A stretch of 63,296 bases of DNA from a virus (Duplodnaviria; Caudoviricetes): positions 1 through 63,296 of IMG/VR virus record IMGVR_UViG_3300001242_000003; one strand, 5' to 3'. Of this stretch, positions 1 to 9,153 are shown in pieces (position 1 is the first letter of the stretch; every line of letters begins with the position of its first letter). Below the pieces are notes generated by a model. The model searched no databases. It was not told the DNA's origin and saw only the letters and a program-made list of their open reading frames with translations. The translations under genes were made by a program, and so were the position numbers.

Positions 1-1179
1 ACAATAGACAGTAGTAAATTAACTACCGCATCCGTCACACCAGATAAAACAGATTTCATCAAAGAAGTTAAAAATTTATTTGACCATACGGATGCAAAAG
101 TACTTAACCACAGAATTTTAGTAGAAACAGGTGGCACAGACGGTACAGTCTATAGCGACACACGTATGACCACAGGTTATATCCCTGTCAGACCAGGAGA
201 TAACTTAATATGTTCATATTTGAGCACCTCCGGGGTAGTAAGTACAGTTGTTTATTATATCGTAGCAGTTTACGACAAGAATCAAAAACGAATAGTTTTT
301 ACGACGGTAACCAGTTCAACCTATATTGTACCTGCGAATGCTGAATATGTGCGTTTCTCCTTTAATACTTCTTATTACGCGAGAAAAGCATATGTTCAAG
401 TGGCTGTCGGAACTGAAATAAGTTTTCCGACAAAATATAAGAAACAAATGGATATATCTCTCTTGGATAAACCATACAAACCTGTTAAGGATACAATAGC
501 TGAGTTAGTGCAAAATAGTTTATTATTGACTGGCACAAGCACAGTTAACATTAAACTTGTCGGTGATAGTATCACTCATGGGGTAGGCGGTACAGGGTTT
601 TTAGAGGACGGTAATTTAATTATCTCTGGTTTTAACCGTAACCCTAATGGTTATTGTTGGGCGAAACTTTTTAAAGAATATATGGAAGCAAAATTTAATT
701 GTTTGGTAACAAATAACGCCTGTCGTGGCACACACTCAGGTTATTTAAGACAATATTGGGATACTCTAGTCAGTCCCACTGATGATATTGTCATATGTAT
801 GTATGGCACTAATGACCGTGGGTCAGGTGCCTACAGTGCATTATTAGAAAATTTACAGCTTTTTCTAGACAGAGTGGATATAGATAATCAAAAAATAATC
901 TTGATGAGTAGTATTCAAGCATCTGTAACAAATGATGCAACTTACACCTTTCATATGGAAGATGTTGACAATGCAATAATGTCAATAGCAGCCGCAAACA
1001 ACGTAGAATATATTTCTTTATTTAAGTTGTTTAGAGATTATATTGATGCGAGAGGTATTAGTTTTGATACACTCTCTGCTGATGGATTACACCCTAACGA
1101 TGCGGGTTATGATATTATGTTTTATCTTATTTTAAATGCTTTGGGACTGGGTAATAAAGTTAGTGGTGCTACTTGGTAA
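1..1179 (+). CDS. 5'-truncated duplicate of SGNH/GDSL hydrolase-domain protein (full copy 61363..62574)
   Basis: GDSIT, GTND and DGLHPN motifs; lies in the terminal repeat. Confidence 0.85.
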   Translation, partial: TIDSSKLTTASVTPDKTDFIKEVKNLFDHTDAKVLNHRILVETGGTDGTVYSDTRMTTGYIPVRPGDNLICSYLSTSGVVSTVVYYIVAVYDKNQKRIVFTTVTSSTYIVPANAEYVRFSFNTSYYARKAYVQVAVGTEISFPTKYKKQMDISLLDKPYKPVKDTIAELVQNSLLLTGTSTVNIKLVGDSITHGVGGTGFLEDGNLIISGFNRNPNGYCWAKLFKEYMEAKFNCLVTNNACRGTHSGYLRQYWDTLVSPTDDIVICMYGTNDRGSGAYSALLENLQLFLDRVDIDNQKIILMSSIQASVTNDATYTFHMEDVDNAIMSIAAANNVEYISLFKLFRDYIDARGISFDTLSADGLHPNDAGYDIMFYLILNALGLGNKVSGATW

Positions 1180-1182
1180 GTT

Positions 1183-1204
1183 AACTAACGAAGGTACGTA
1201 ATGG
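1183..1204. repeat. Putative cassette recombination site AACTAACG-AAGGTA-CGTAATGG
   Basis: Starts 4 nt after the SGNH stop; left arm identical to sites at 1377 and 54107; degenerate right arm. Confidence 0.7.
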
Positions 1205-1216
1205 AGGTGAAGTAAT

Positions 1217-1366
1217 TTGTTTCCATCAATTTATAATCAAAAACAAATAGATAAACTAAAACATGGCAATATTAAATTTAAAATTATTTATAAAGGTACT
1301 AACATAAACGGTGAAAAATTTTATCATATACGTATTGATTCCTTACCGTTTATTGTCATGCATTAG
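1217..1366 (+). CDS. 49-aa hypothetical protein (single-gene cassette)
   Basis: GGAGGTG RBS, TTG start, MFPSIYNQKQIDKLKHG...IVMH*; flanked by two AACTAACG sites; not in ORF track. Confidence 0.6.
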   Translation: MFPSIYNQKQIDKLKHGNIKFKIIYKGTNINGEKFYHIRIDSLPFIVMH

Positions 1367-1376
1367 GCTGTTACCC

Positions 1377-1398
1377 AACTAACGAAGGTGCGTTAGTT
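1377..1398. repeat. Putative cassette recombination site AACTAACG-AAGGTG-CGTTAGTT
   Basis: Perfect 8-bp inverted repeat with 6-bp spacer, 10 nt after a stop codon. Confidence 0.75.
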
Positions 1399-1432
1399 TT
1401 ATAATATAATAAGCGAAAGGATATATAAAATA

Positions 1433-1861
1433 ATGAATAAGCGTGTTTTGTTTAAAACATTTGAATTAGATGGCAGAAAGTGGCGTATTGGGAAATTTAA
1501 TGCGATGGTAGGTTCATATATTGCATATAAACTTATGGCCGAAGTAATGCCGTTAGGAATAGCGCAACAAGCAGGCATACCGGTTCCAGCTGGCGGAAAA
1601 TCAATGAGTAAGGCAGATTTTATAGAATTACAAAAAGATTGTTTATCTTGTTGTTATGAATTTCTTCCGGCTGGTCCAGCTCCAGTTATTAATGAAAACG
1701 GAACTTTTGGAGTTGAAGACTTAGAAAACAATGTAAAAGTTGTTATGGCTTTAACGATTCAAGCTTTGATTTTTAATGTTTCAGATTTTTTTACAGAAAA
1801 CCTCTTGAGTTCACTAGCCGATTCAATGAAGACTTTAATCCCGCCCGTTGCAAAAATATAA
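1433..1861 (+). CDS. Tail assembly chaperone
   Basis: Between the tail tube region and tape measure; slippery T7 run at the DFF codons. Confidence 0.8.
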   Translation: MNKRVLFKTFELDGRKWRIGKFNAMVGSYIAYKLMAEVMPLGIAQQAGIPVPAGGKSMSKADFIELQKDCLSCCYEFLPAGPAPVINENGTFGVEDLENNVKVVMALTIQALIFNVSDFFTENLLSSLADSMKTLIPPVAKI

Positions 1862-2034
1862 ATGAGTTTCTTTATGCTCCGGTAATAGCTGGAGTTTGGA
1901 AGCAAAAAGAGCTTTGGGATGGAACTTACACTTTTAAGGATTTGTTAGATATACACGAAATGCTGGAGGTTAAGTATGAAAATGAACAGCGGGCTTATGA
2001 TGCAGCCGTAGCAAATAAAGGAGGTGGGCAATAA
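1786..2034 (+). other. -1 programmed frameshift site (T TTT TTT, 1786-1792) and frameshifted chaperone extension
   Basis: The -1 frame is open from 1777 to TAA 2032-2034 (...NEFLYAPVIAGVWKQKELWDGTYTFKDLLDIHEML...); the stop overlaps the tape measure ATG. Confidence 0.75.
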
Positions 2035-3416
2035 TGTTAAATGTTATTAAAGAGTATCTTGTAAGTCTCGGGTATAGGGTTGATCAACCGTCTTTTAATT
2101 CAGCCGTTAACTCCGTAACACAATTAAGTAAGACAATAAATAGTTTCGCTAGTGCTTCCATAGGTAGGTTAACTTCAGCAGGATTAGTTTTAACTGGATT
2201 TATGTCCACCTTCGCGGCTGTTTTATATCAACTCACTATTGGTGTAGCCAATGCTGATTTACAGAATGAGCTATTTGCAAGGCGAATGTGGATGGCAAAG
2301 GACGCGGCTGTTTCATATAAAAGTGCGTTAAGTGCTTTAGGAGTTACTTTGCAAGATTTATATTTATCACCGGAGTTAATGCAAAAATTCTTTCAATTAA
2401 GACAACAAGCCACTTCTATGGAAGTTCCAGATAGCTTTAGTGACTCAATGAAGGGTCTTCGAGCAATTACTTTTGAGTTTCAGCGGTTTAAACTTGAGGC
2501 TACTTATGCCGTACAGTGGGTTGGATATTATTTAACAAAATATTTATCTGGACCACTTTTTGGTGTAAAAGGCGGGCTAAAAGGAATAAATGATTTAATA
2601 ACTTCTGAAATGCCTAAATGGACTAACAAAGTGGCTCAGTTTATAGCTAATTTTGTTCATTTAGGTAACACAGCTTATACAGCTGGCAAAGAAATTAAGG
2701 AAGTCTGGAATAGTTTAGGCGATTCAACAAAGCAGGTTATTGGTTTAACAGCAAGCTTTTTCGCTTTGTTAAAGCTTGGTCCTATCGGAATGATGGTTGC
2801 TGGGCTAACTGCTCTTTTGTTACTTTTAGATGATTACACAACTTTTCAAAATAACGGTAAGAGCGCTTTTCCTGATATGTGGAAATGGGTAGAGGACTTT
2901 AAGAAATCGGTAAAGGATGACGGAACTTTAAGAGAATTTAAGAAAAGTTTTGATGAATTAGCTGAAAGTATTCTTGGTGTGTGGATAAATTTTTGGAAAT
3001 TGATGGATTCGCTTGTTGAAGGAGATAGCAAGAAAAAGCTTATAATTGGAATGATTAATGCTATTACTGAATCATTTAAAATTTTAAGTTTTACGCTTGA
3101 TAATATAGCTAAATCATTAAAGCTTATTAGAGATTACTGGAATGGTGATGAAAATGCAGTTAAAGAAGGTAAAAAGGATATAATTGATGGGATACTTAAA
3201 AAACCTTCATGGCTTGATAAATTTGCTGCAACTTTTTTAGCACCGTTATCTACGGGATATTATCCAATATCAACAAAGCAAATGAGCAGGGAAACAAATA
3301 TGGTAGTTAACTCAAATAATTATATTTATGGAGCTTCGAATCCTCAATCGGTTGCTTTAGTAGTTAATCGTACTTACGAAAAAGCTACTAGACAATTGCA
3401 AGGGGTGATAATTTAA
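2034..3416 (+). CDS. Tape measure protein (short)
   Basis: Follows the chaperone; N-terminal IKEYLVSLGY; helical Ala/Gly/Leu-rich with hydrophobic segments. Confidence 0.75.
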   Translation: MLNVIKEYLVSLGYRVDQPSFNSAVNSVTQLSKTINSFASASIGRLTSAGLVLTGFMSTFAAVLYQLTIGVANADLQNELFARRMWMAKDAAVSYKSALSALGVTLQDLYLSPELMQKFFQLRQQATSMEVPDSFSDSMKGLRAITFEFQRFKLEATYAVQWVGYYLTKYLSGPLFGVKGGLKGINDLITSEMPKWTNKVAQFIANFVHLGNTAYTAGKEIKEVWNSLGDSTKQVIGLTASFFALLKLGPIGMMVAGLTALLLLLDDYTTFQNNGKSAFPDMWKWVEDFKKSVKDDGTLREFKKSFDELAESILGVWINFWKLMDSLVEGDSKKKLIIGMINAITESFKILSFTLDNIAKSLKLIRDYWNGDENAVKEGKKDIIDGILKKPSWLDKFAATFLAPLSTGYYPISTKQMSRETNMVVNSNNYIYGASNPQSVALVVNRTYEKATRQLQGVII

Positions 3417-3982
3417 TGGCCTTGTCACCTGAAACTACTTCCGAGGACGTTGAACAATTAATTTATGTTAAAACTAATATAGGTGGTTATTTCTTTGATG
3501 CAATATTAAGAACGGAGCATACTACCAGTCTTACAATTACTAATCATCCTGTTGAAACAGGGGCAGCCGTATCAGATCATTGTTTTGTAAATCCTTCTGT
3601 TTTAGTTATGGAGGTTGGAATGTCTGATGTATCAAAAAGCATAATTAGTGGTCAATTTTCTGGAGGGTGGTCAAGGTCCGTTACGGCTTATAAAGTTCTT
3701 TTAGAATTGCAAAAAATAAGAATACCAATACAAATAGTAACTCGTATTAATGTTTATAAAAATATGTTAATAGAAATTATTTCAGTTCCGGATGACATTA
3801 AAACATTGCATGGCTTAAAGGCCACTGTAACTTTGCGTGAAATATTTATTGCTACTGTAAAGGCTGTTAAAGTAAGCGCAAGACCACAAGCCACTGATTC
3901 AACACAGAAAGGCGAAGTGCAAGCTATACCAAGCAATGAAAGCTTTTTATATCAACAAGGGTTTGGAGAAGGTTCAAATTGA
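3416..3982 (+). CDS. Baseplate / tail-tube initiator protein
   Basis: EH..ITNHPVETGAAVSDH motif; position after the tape measure. Confidence 0.7.
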   Translation: MALSPETTSEDVEQLIYVKTNIGGYFFDAILRTEHTTSLTITNHPVETGAAVSDHCFVNPSVLVMEVGMSDVSKSIISGQFSGGWSRSVTAYKVLLELQKIRIPIQIVTRINVYKNMLIEIISVPDDIKTLHGLKATVTLREIFIATVKAVKVSARPQATDSTQKGEVQAIPSNESFLYQQGFGEGSN

Positions 3983-4041
3983 TGTATTTTCTTTCTTTAT
4001 GTGGTAATAATACTTGGTATTAAACAAAGGGAGGAAATACC

Positions 4042-4347
4042 ATGTTTTTAAAAATACTTAGCGTTTCAATTGCTTTTGCATTTTGTTGTGTAGCTGGTTG
4101 TGTTGAGCATGGGATTAATCTACAAAATATACCTGAAGGAATGTATAAGGTCGGTAAGGACATACCTGCTGGTGAATATCAAATCATTTCTGACAATAAC
4201 GGTTCTTTTGTGGTGTATAGGAATTCAGGTTCACCGGAAGCAAAAAATATGGTTAATTTCGGTTTCATAGATGGTCAAAAATATGTTAGCGTATTTGAAG
4301 GTCAATACTTACAAATAAAGCGTTCACATGCTTTAAAAGTTGACTAA
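4042..4347 (+). CDS. Putative lipoprotein (moron)
   Basis: Signal peptide with lipobox VAGC; GMYKVGKDIPAGEY motif; strong GGGAGG RBS. Confidence 0.6.
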   Translation: MFLKILSVSIAFAFCCVAGCVEHGINLQNIPEGMYKVGKDIPAGEYQIISDNNGSFVVYRNSGSPEAKNMVNFGFIDGQKYVSVFEGQYLQIKRSHALKVD

Positions 4348-4354
4348 ATAAGTA

Positions 4355-4383
4355 TTTACAAATTCTTTAAAATGTGTTATAAT
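4355..4383 (+). promoter_or_regulatory. SigA-type promoter TTTACA-N17-TATAAT
   Basis: Exact motif and spacing; one of 11 copies. Confidence 0.7.
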
Positions 4384-4449
4384 TAATTCTATTGTTTAAA
4401 AGTTGGCCAACTTTGGTTGGCTTTATTTTTTTGTGAAGGATGTAACGGA

Positions 4450-4764
4450 ATGTATAAAATACCTGTTACGAGTGAACCAGATCAAAGTTTTTCTTGTTCT
4501 ATTCCTATTGGTGGCAAAAATACGCTTTTAAGGTTTAGAATTAGGTATAACGATATAGCGAGATACTGGTGGATGGCTATAAGTGATTCAAAAGGAAATA
4601 TGTTACTTGATTCGATCCCTCTTTTAACCGGAAGCAATATTTTGGGTCAATATCAATATTTGAGTATTGGTAGCGCTTACATCATTAATAACGGAAATTC
4701 GTTACTTTCAGATCCTGATGAATCAACTTTAGGAACAGATTTTTTGCTTATGTGGGGTGATTAA
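4450..4764 (+). CDS. Small baseplate protein
   Basis: ATG at 4450 after GAAGGA; IP...Q.F...YN...W...IPL.TG.N.L pattern typical of this myovirus baseplate. Confidence 0.65.
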   Translation: MYKIPVTSEPDQSFSCSIPIGGKNTLLRFRIRYNDIARYWWMAISDSKGNMLLDSIPLLTGSNILGQYQYLSIGSAYIINNGNSLLSDPDESTLGTDFLLMWGD

Positions 4765-6558
4765 ATGGCTTATGACAGCAACTATATAATTAGCAAACTT
4801 GTTTCCTATGGAGTTTCTTCTAGTGATGCAACCATTTTGGCTGCTGTTGCTTATGCTGAATCAAGCTATCAACCCGGCATTATTGGAGACCAACAATATG
4901 GCGGTAGTGTTGGTTTGTTTCAGATAAATTTGCCAGCTCATTCCAGTAAACTAAAAAAGTGGACAAAAAGCAATGACAGAAATGTTTGGATAAATTGGTT
5001 ATCAAATATCGACAATAATATTTATGCAGCTTCACAGGTGTATTTTTCTCAAGGTCTCGGGGCTTGGACTATGTATCGAAATGGAGAATACAAAAAATAC
5101 CTTGGAAAAAAATTAAGCATATCTTCATCAAATTCCAGTGATATTTCTCAAGCTGATAGTATTAATAGCACTCCACAATTTGTTTCTTTTGTTGAATTGC
5201 AAATAGGCAAGCCATATGTGTGGGGCGCAACTGGTCCTGATAGTTTTGATTGCTCAGGACTTGTTAAATATGTTTGGACACATTTTGGAATTCAAATAGC
5301 TAGAACAACTTATGACCAGTGGCCAGGTTGCCAAGAAGTAGATAAAAATAATATGCAAGTTGGCGATTTAATGTTTTCTAGGTTTGGCGAAGACAATGTT
5401 GGTCCTGGACATGTTGGAATATTTGTTGGCAACAATAAAGTTGTTCAAGCTGCTAACTCAATTAAAGGTGTTATAATAGGAGATGTAAGCTCATTTGGTT
5501 CATTTCGCGGAGCTAGGCACCCTGAAATGTCAGCGTTTTTAGGCAATAGTGGTGGTTCTAATTCAACTAATTTTGCCGGTCCATTTGGTACGATTAAAAT
5601 ACCCCAGACAAACTTTCAGATAGTTGAAAATAGTATTTCAAATGGAGACACCCTTTACGGTAGAAGGTACCGAGTCATTGTAAGTAGTCTTGATGGACAA
5701 ACGGCTTTGGATGTTTCAGGTTTAAGGTGTACTTTTAATTGTGTTAAAAATATAATGGAAGCTAATTATTCAGAAGTTGTTATTTACAATCTGTCTCCAT
5801 CTTCAGAAAATATTATTATTAAAGAAGGATATAGAGTTATTATTGAGGCTGGTTATGAAGGAAATCAATATGGTCTTATTTTTGATGGCAATGTAATTCA
5901 GCCACTTCGGGAAAAAGAAGGAGGAACAACTTATAAATTAAATTTAGTGTCAATGGATTCCGATATGTTTTTAGTAAGTGGGTCAGCTAATTTCTCAATT
6001 ATGCGCGGACAAAATTCTCGTTCACTAATAGAGAACATAGTTAATTCTTCAAGTGTTTCAACTCAGCTTGGAGCTATTTCGCAAAATTTATCTAATTCAG
6101 AGCTTACAAGGGGTAAAGTTGTTTTTGGTAAAGCGAGTGATTATTTACGGCAAATTGCTCAATCTGAATCGGCTGCTTTTTACATGGAAGATGGCAAGGT
6201 AAATATAATTCGTGCGGATGACTACTCAGAAAATGAAGTAATAGAGTTAGATTCTGAATCGGGATTAATTGGAGTTCCGTCACAAAGTGACTTTGGAGCA
6301 ACAATTAAAATGTTATTAAATCCAAGGGTTAAACTTGGTACTATGATTCACGTTAATAACAGCTTAATTAAAAATAAACAGTTTCAACAAGGGCAAGCTT
6401 TTTATGGCCTTGATCAAGATGGTTTATATAGAGTTATTAAAGTTACTTATAAAGGTGATACTCGCGGGGTTGATTGGTATACTGAAGTTGAGACAGTAAC
6501 ACAATCAGGAGCGGATATACCAAATATGCTTGCTAACAAATATTCAAATCCTAATTAA
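4765..6558 (+). CDS. Baseplate hub with N-terminal lysozyme/transglycosylase-like and NlpC/P60 domains
   Basis: AESS...GLFQIN...AWT; GKPYVWGA.GP..FDCSGL...HVGI; C-terminal IIEAGYEG...GLIG.P...GDTRG.DW hub domain. Confidence 0.8.
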   Translation: MAYDSNYIISKLVSYGVSSSDATILAAVAYAESSYQPGIIGDQQYGGSVGLFQINLPAHSSKLKKWTKSNDRNVWINWLSNIDNNIYAASQVYFSQGLGAWTMYRNGEYKKYLGKKLSISSSNSSDISQADSINSTPQFVSFVELQIGKPYVWGATGPDSFDCSGLVKYVWTHFGIQIARTTYDQWPGCQEVDKNNMQVGDLMFSRFGEDNVGPGHVGIFVGNNKVVQAANSIKGVIIGDVSSFGSFRGARHPEMSAFLGNSGGSNSTNFAGPFGTIKIPQTNFQIVENSISNGDTLYGRRYRVIVSSLDGQTALDVSGLRCTFNCVKNIMEANYSEVVIYNLSPSSENIIIKEGYRVIIEAGYEGNQYGLIFDGNVIQPLREKEGGTTYKLNLVSMDSDMFLVSGSANFSIMRGQNSRSLIENIVNSSSVSTQLGAISQNLSNSELTRGKVVFGKASDYLRQIAQSESAAFYMEDGKVNIIRADDYSENEVIELDSESGLIGVPSQSDFGATIKMLLNPRVKLGTMIHVNNSLIKNKQFQQGQAFYGLDQDGLYRVIKVTYKGDTRGVDWYTEVETVTQSGADIPNMLANKYSNPN

Positions 6559-6574
6559 TAAGGGCGTGATTTAG

Positions 6575-7168
6575 ATAAGAACTTTTGGCGAAAGAATAAA
6601 TAGTCAGGAAGAGCTTTTAAAGAGACTAGCTGATAAAATAAAAAATGATACACGTAATGCAATGCCAGGTATTATACAGTCGTTTGACCCTGACGAACAG
6701 ACGGTTTCTGTTCAGCTTGCAATTCGTGAAAGAATAAGAGACGGTGAAGGTAGAATGGAATTTGTTAATTTGCCGCTTTTGTTAGATGTGCCAATTTTAA
6801 TGCCGAGAGCTGGCGGATACATAGTAACTATGCCAGTAAGTAAAGGCGATGAATGCCTTGTTGTTTTTGGCGATATGTGCATTGATGCTTGGTGGTCAAA
6901 TGGCGAGGTGCAAAATCAAATAGAAAAACGTAGGCATGACCTGTCAGATGGATTCGCTATTTTAGGACCATGGAGCCAACCTAATAAAATACAAAATTAT
7001 AGCACTGATTCCGTTCAGTTAAGAACTGAGGATGGAAATACATATATTGAAATAAAACAAAATGAAATAAATATAGTAGCTTCAGTATTAAAAATCAATG
7101 GTAATGATTTTGTGCAACATACGCATTCAGACCCACAAGGTGGCTTTACTGGTCCAGTAATAATCTAG
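6575..7168 (+). CDS. Baseplate spike (Gp138-like)
   Basis: MPGIIQSFD...GDECLVVFGD.CID.WW...RRHDLSD...HTH; frame open upstream to ATA 6575 (track start 6662). Confidence 0.8.
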   Translation: MRTFGERINSQEELLKRLADKIKNDTRNAMPGIIQSFDPDEQTVSVQLAIRERIRDGEGRMEFVNLPLLLDVPILMPRAGGYIVTMPVSKGDECLVVFGDMCIDAWWSNGEVQNQIEKRRHDLSDGFAILGPWSQPNKIQNYSTDSVQLRTEDGNTYIEIKQNEINIVASVLKINGNDFVQHTHSDPQGGFTGPVII

Positions 7169-7181
7169 GTGGTGATAATAA

Positions 7182-7544
7182 ATGATCTATAGGGAGCTTG
7201 ATTTAAACGGCGATTATACCTTTGGAAAAAATATGCAGAATTTTATTAGCGGAGCAGCTGCGGTAGCTCAAGCTATTAAAACTAATTTACTTCTATTAAA
7301 AGAAGAATGGTGGGAAGACACTGAAGAAGGGCTTCCTTTATTTCAGAATATAATTGGGCAGAAATTTTTTGCTGACGGGAATATACAATCAGCAGATTTA
7401 ATTATTAAAGATCGTATCGCAAATACGCAGGGGGTTTTAACTATTATTGGTTATAATAGTATGTATGACAATCGTAAACTCTCAATTTCTTGTACAGTTA
7501 TAACTATTTTTGGTGAATCTGCTTCTGTGGAGGTGAGTTTTTAA
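7182..7544 (+). CDS. Baseplate wedge / sheath initiator (gp25-like)
   Basis: YRELDLNGDYTFG...AVAQAIKT.L.L...EWW.D...G.P. Confidence 0.7.
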   Translation: MIYRELDLNGDYTFGKNMQNFISGAAAVAQAIKTNLLLLKEEWWEDTEEGLPLFQNIIGQKFFADGNIQSADLIIKDRIANTQGVLTIIGYNSMYDNRKLSISCTVITIFGESASVEVSF

Positions 7545-8728
7545 TGGCTTATTTTAGGCCTTATATCGATGAAACAGGCCTTCATATTCCTTCTTATTCA
7601 GATATTCGTGACGATTTAATTCAACAAGCAAAAAGTATTTATGGCCAAGATATATATTTGGGGGCTGATAGTCAAGATTATCAGCTTATTTCCGTAATAA
7701 GTATAAAAAGTTATGACACTATGCTCGCGCTTCAAGAAATATTTAACAGCAGGGGCCCTGGAACAGCTATTGGCTCTGCTTTGGATGGCATAGTTAAGAT
7801 AAATGGAATTTCAAGGGGAGTAGAAACTTTTTCTACGGCAATAGTAACCTTAACTGGAACGGCTGGTACTTTAATTTCAAATGGTATTGTTCAAGACAAT
7901 AGCGGATATAAGTGGAGCGTTCCTGAAGCTGTAATAGGACAAGATGGCACTATTTCGGTAATGGTAACTTGTCAACAAGCAGGGCCTATTTCAGTTATTC
8001 CAGGAGATATAACTAAAATAGTTACCCCTACTTATGGGTGGGCAACGGTATTGAATACGAGTTATGCTACTATTGGTAAATATAAAGAATCTGATTCAGA
8101 GCTAAGAGCTAGACAAGAGATTAGTACCGCTCAGGCAAGCAGAACGCTTTTAGAGGGGCTAAAAGGTTCACTGGCTAGTATATCCAGTGTTACTAGATCA
8201 GAAGTCTATGAAAATGACACAAGTGTTATAAATGCCAACGGACTACCGCCTCATAGCATAACTGCTGTTATTGAAGGCGGTTTGGATTATGATATAGCTC
8301 AGGCTATCTTCTTAAAGAAAGGTCCTGGGTGTTATACTAATGGGAGTGTTATTGTAGTTATAACTGATTTTTATGAACAACAAACGAATATAAGATTTTA
8401 TCGTCCAGTATATGTTGATGTTGACGTAACTGTTGATATTAAGCAATTGCCAGGATATAATTCTCAAACTACTTTGGATATACAGACGGCAATAAATGAT
8501 CTCTTAAATAGTGTTGGAATGGGCATAAAAAGTATTCCAATATCAAGCTTTTGGGGTTCAGTTTTATCAGTAATGACAAATTTAGCACAACCTACGTTCT
8601 CGGTATTATCTATTGTTGCAGCTAGGCATGGCCAGTCTCAAAGTACACAAGATATAAAGACATATTCGGTCGATGAAGCAATTAGGGGAAATATTTCATA
8701 TATTATAATTAATGCTAGTGAGGTGTAA
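7544..8728 (+). CDS. Baseplate J-like protein
   Basis: ESDSELRARQ, VYENDT...GLPPHSI.AVIEGG motifs. Confidence 0.85.
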   Translation: MAYFRPYIDETGLHIPSYSDIRDDLIQQAKSIYGQDIYLGADSQDYQLISVISIKSYDTMLALQEIFNSRGPGTAIGSALDGIVKINGISRGVETFSTAIVTLTGTAGTLISNGIVQDNSGYKWSVPEAVIGQDGTISVMVTCQQAGPISVIPGDITKIVTPTYGWATVLNTSYATIGKYKESDSELRARQEISTAQASRTLLEGLKGSLASISSVTRSEVYENDTSVINANGLPPHSITAVIEGGLDYDIAQAIFLKKGPGCYTNGSVIVVITDFYEQQTNIRFYRPVYVDVDVTVDIKQLPGYNSQTTLDIQTAINDLLNSVGMGIKSIPISSFWGSVLSVMTNLAQPTFSVLSIVAARHGQSQSTQDIKTYSVDEAIRGNISYIIINASEV

Positions 8729-8733
8729 TAATA

Positions 8734-9147
8734 GTGGCTGATATACATGTGTATAAAGGTGAAGTAACTAGCGGTGGAGTTGATGGAATTCTAGTATCTG
8801 AAGGAGGAGCTAATACTTCGCCAATTATTGTAGGGCCATTAAACGGAAATAATAATGAAGTTTCAGAAAGTTTGAAGTTAAGTATTCGCTGTGATCCGGA
8901 TTTTTTAACCATAGGAGAAACTTTAATTTCAATACTTGGTTTAACTGCTTCTAAGTGGGCTCTTGCTTTGGATAATGAAGGAGTTCCAGGCATTTTTAAA
9001 GAATATGGTGAAACTTTGGTTATACCAGGGATAATAACTGATGTAAACACTATTTTTTGGACTAAAGCTAAAAGCGATACATTTGATATTAAGCCAGATG
9101 ATTCATACGTGAGTTTTAATGTGCAAGCAGAAGTTAGAAAGGTGTGA
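8734..9147 (+). CDS. Hypothetical tail/baseplate protein
   Basis: ORF with GAGGTG RBS within the baseplate operon. Confidence 0.5.
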   Translation: MADIHVYKGEVTSGGVDGILVSEGGANTSPIIVGPLNGNNNEVSESLKLSIRCDPDFLTIGETLISILGLTASKWALALDNEGVPGIFKEYGETLVIPGIITDVNTIFWTKAKSDTFDIKPDDSYVSFNVQAEVRKV

Positions 9148-9153
9148 TCCTAA

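Larger units (their letters stand above)
1..1901. repeat. Terminal direct repeat / assembly overlap (copy 1)
   Basis: Matches 61396-63296 at offset 61395; ORFs 166..1179 and 1433..1861 recur at 61561.. and 62828.. Confidence 0.97.

Noticed and set aside
1183-1398. Repeat-spacer-repeat as a mini CRISPR array
   Set aside because: The spacer is ~170 bp and encodes an ORF; there is no cas operon, and the Cas4-like gene is a typical stand-alone phage nuclease.
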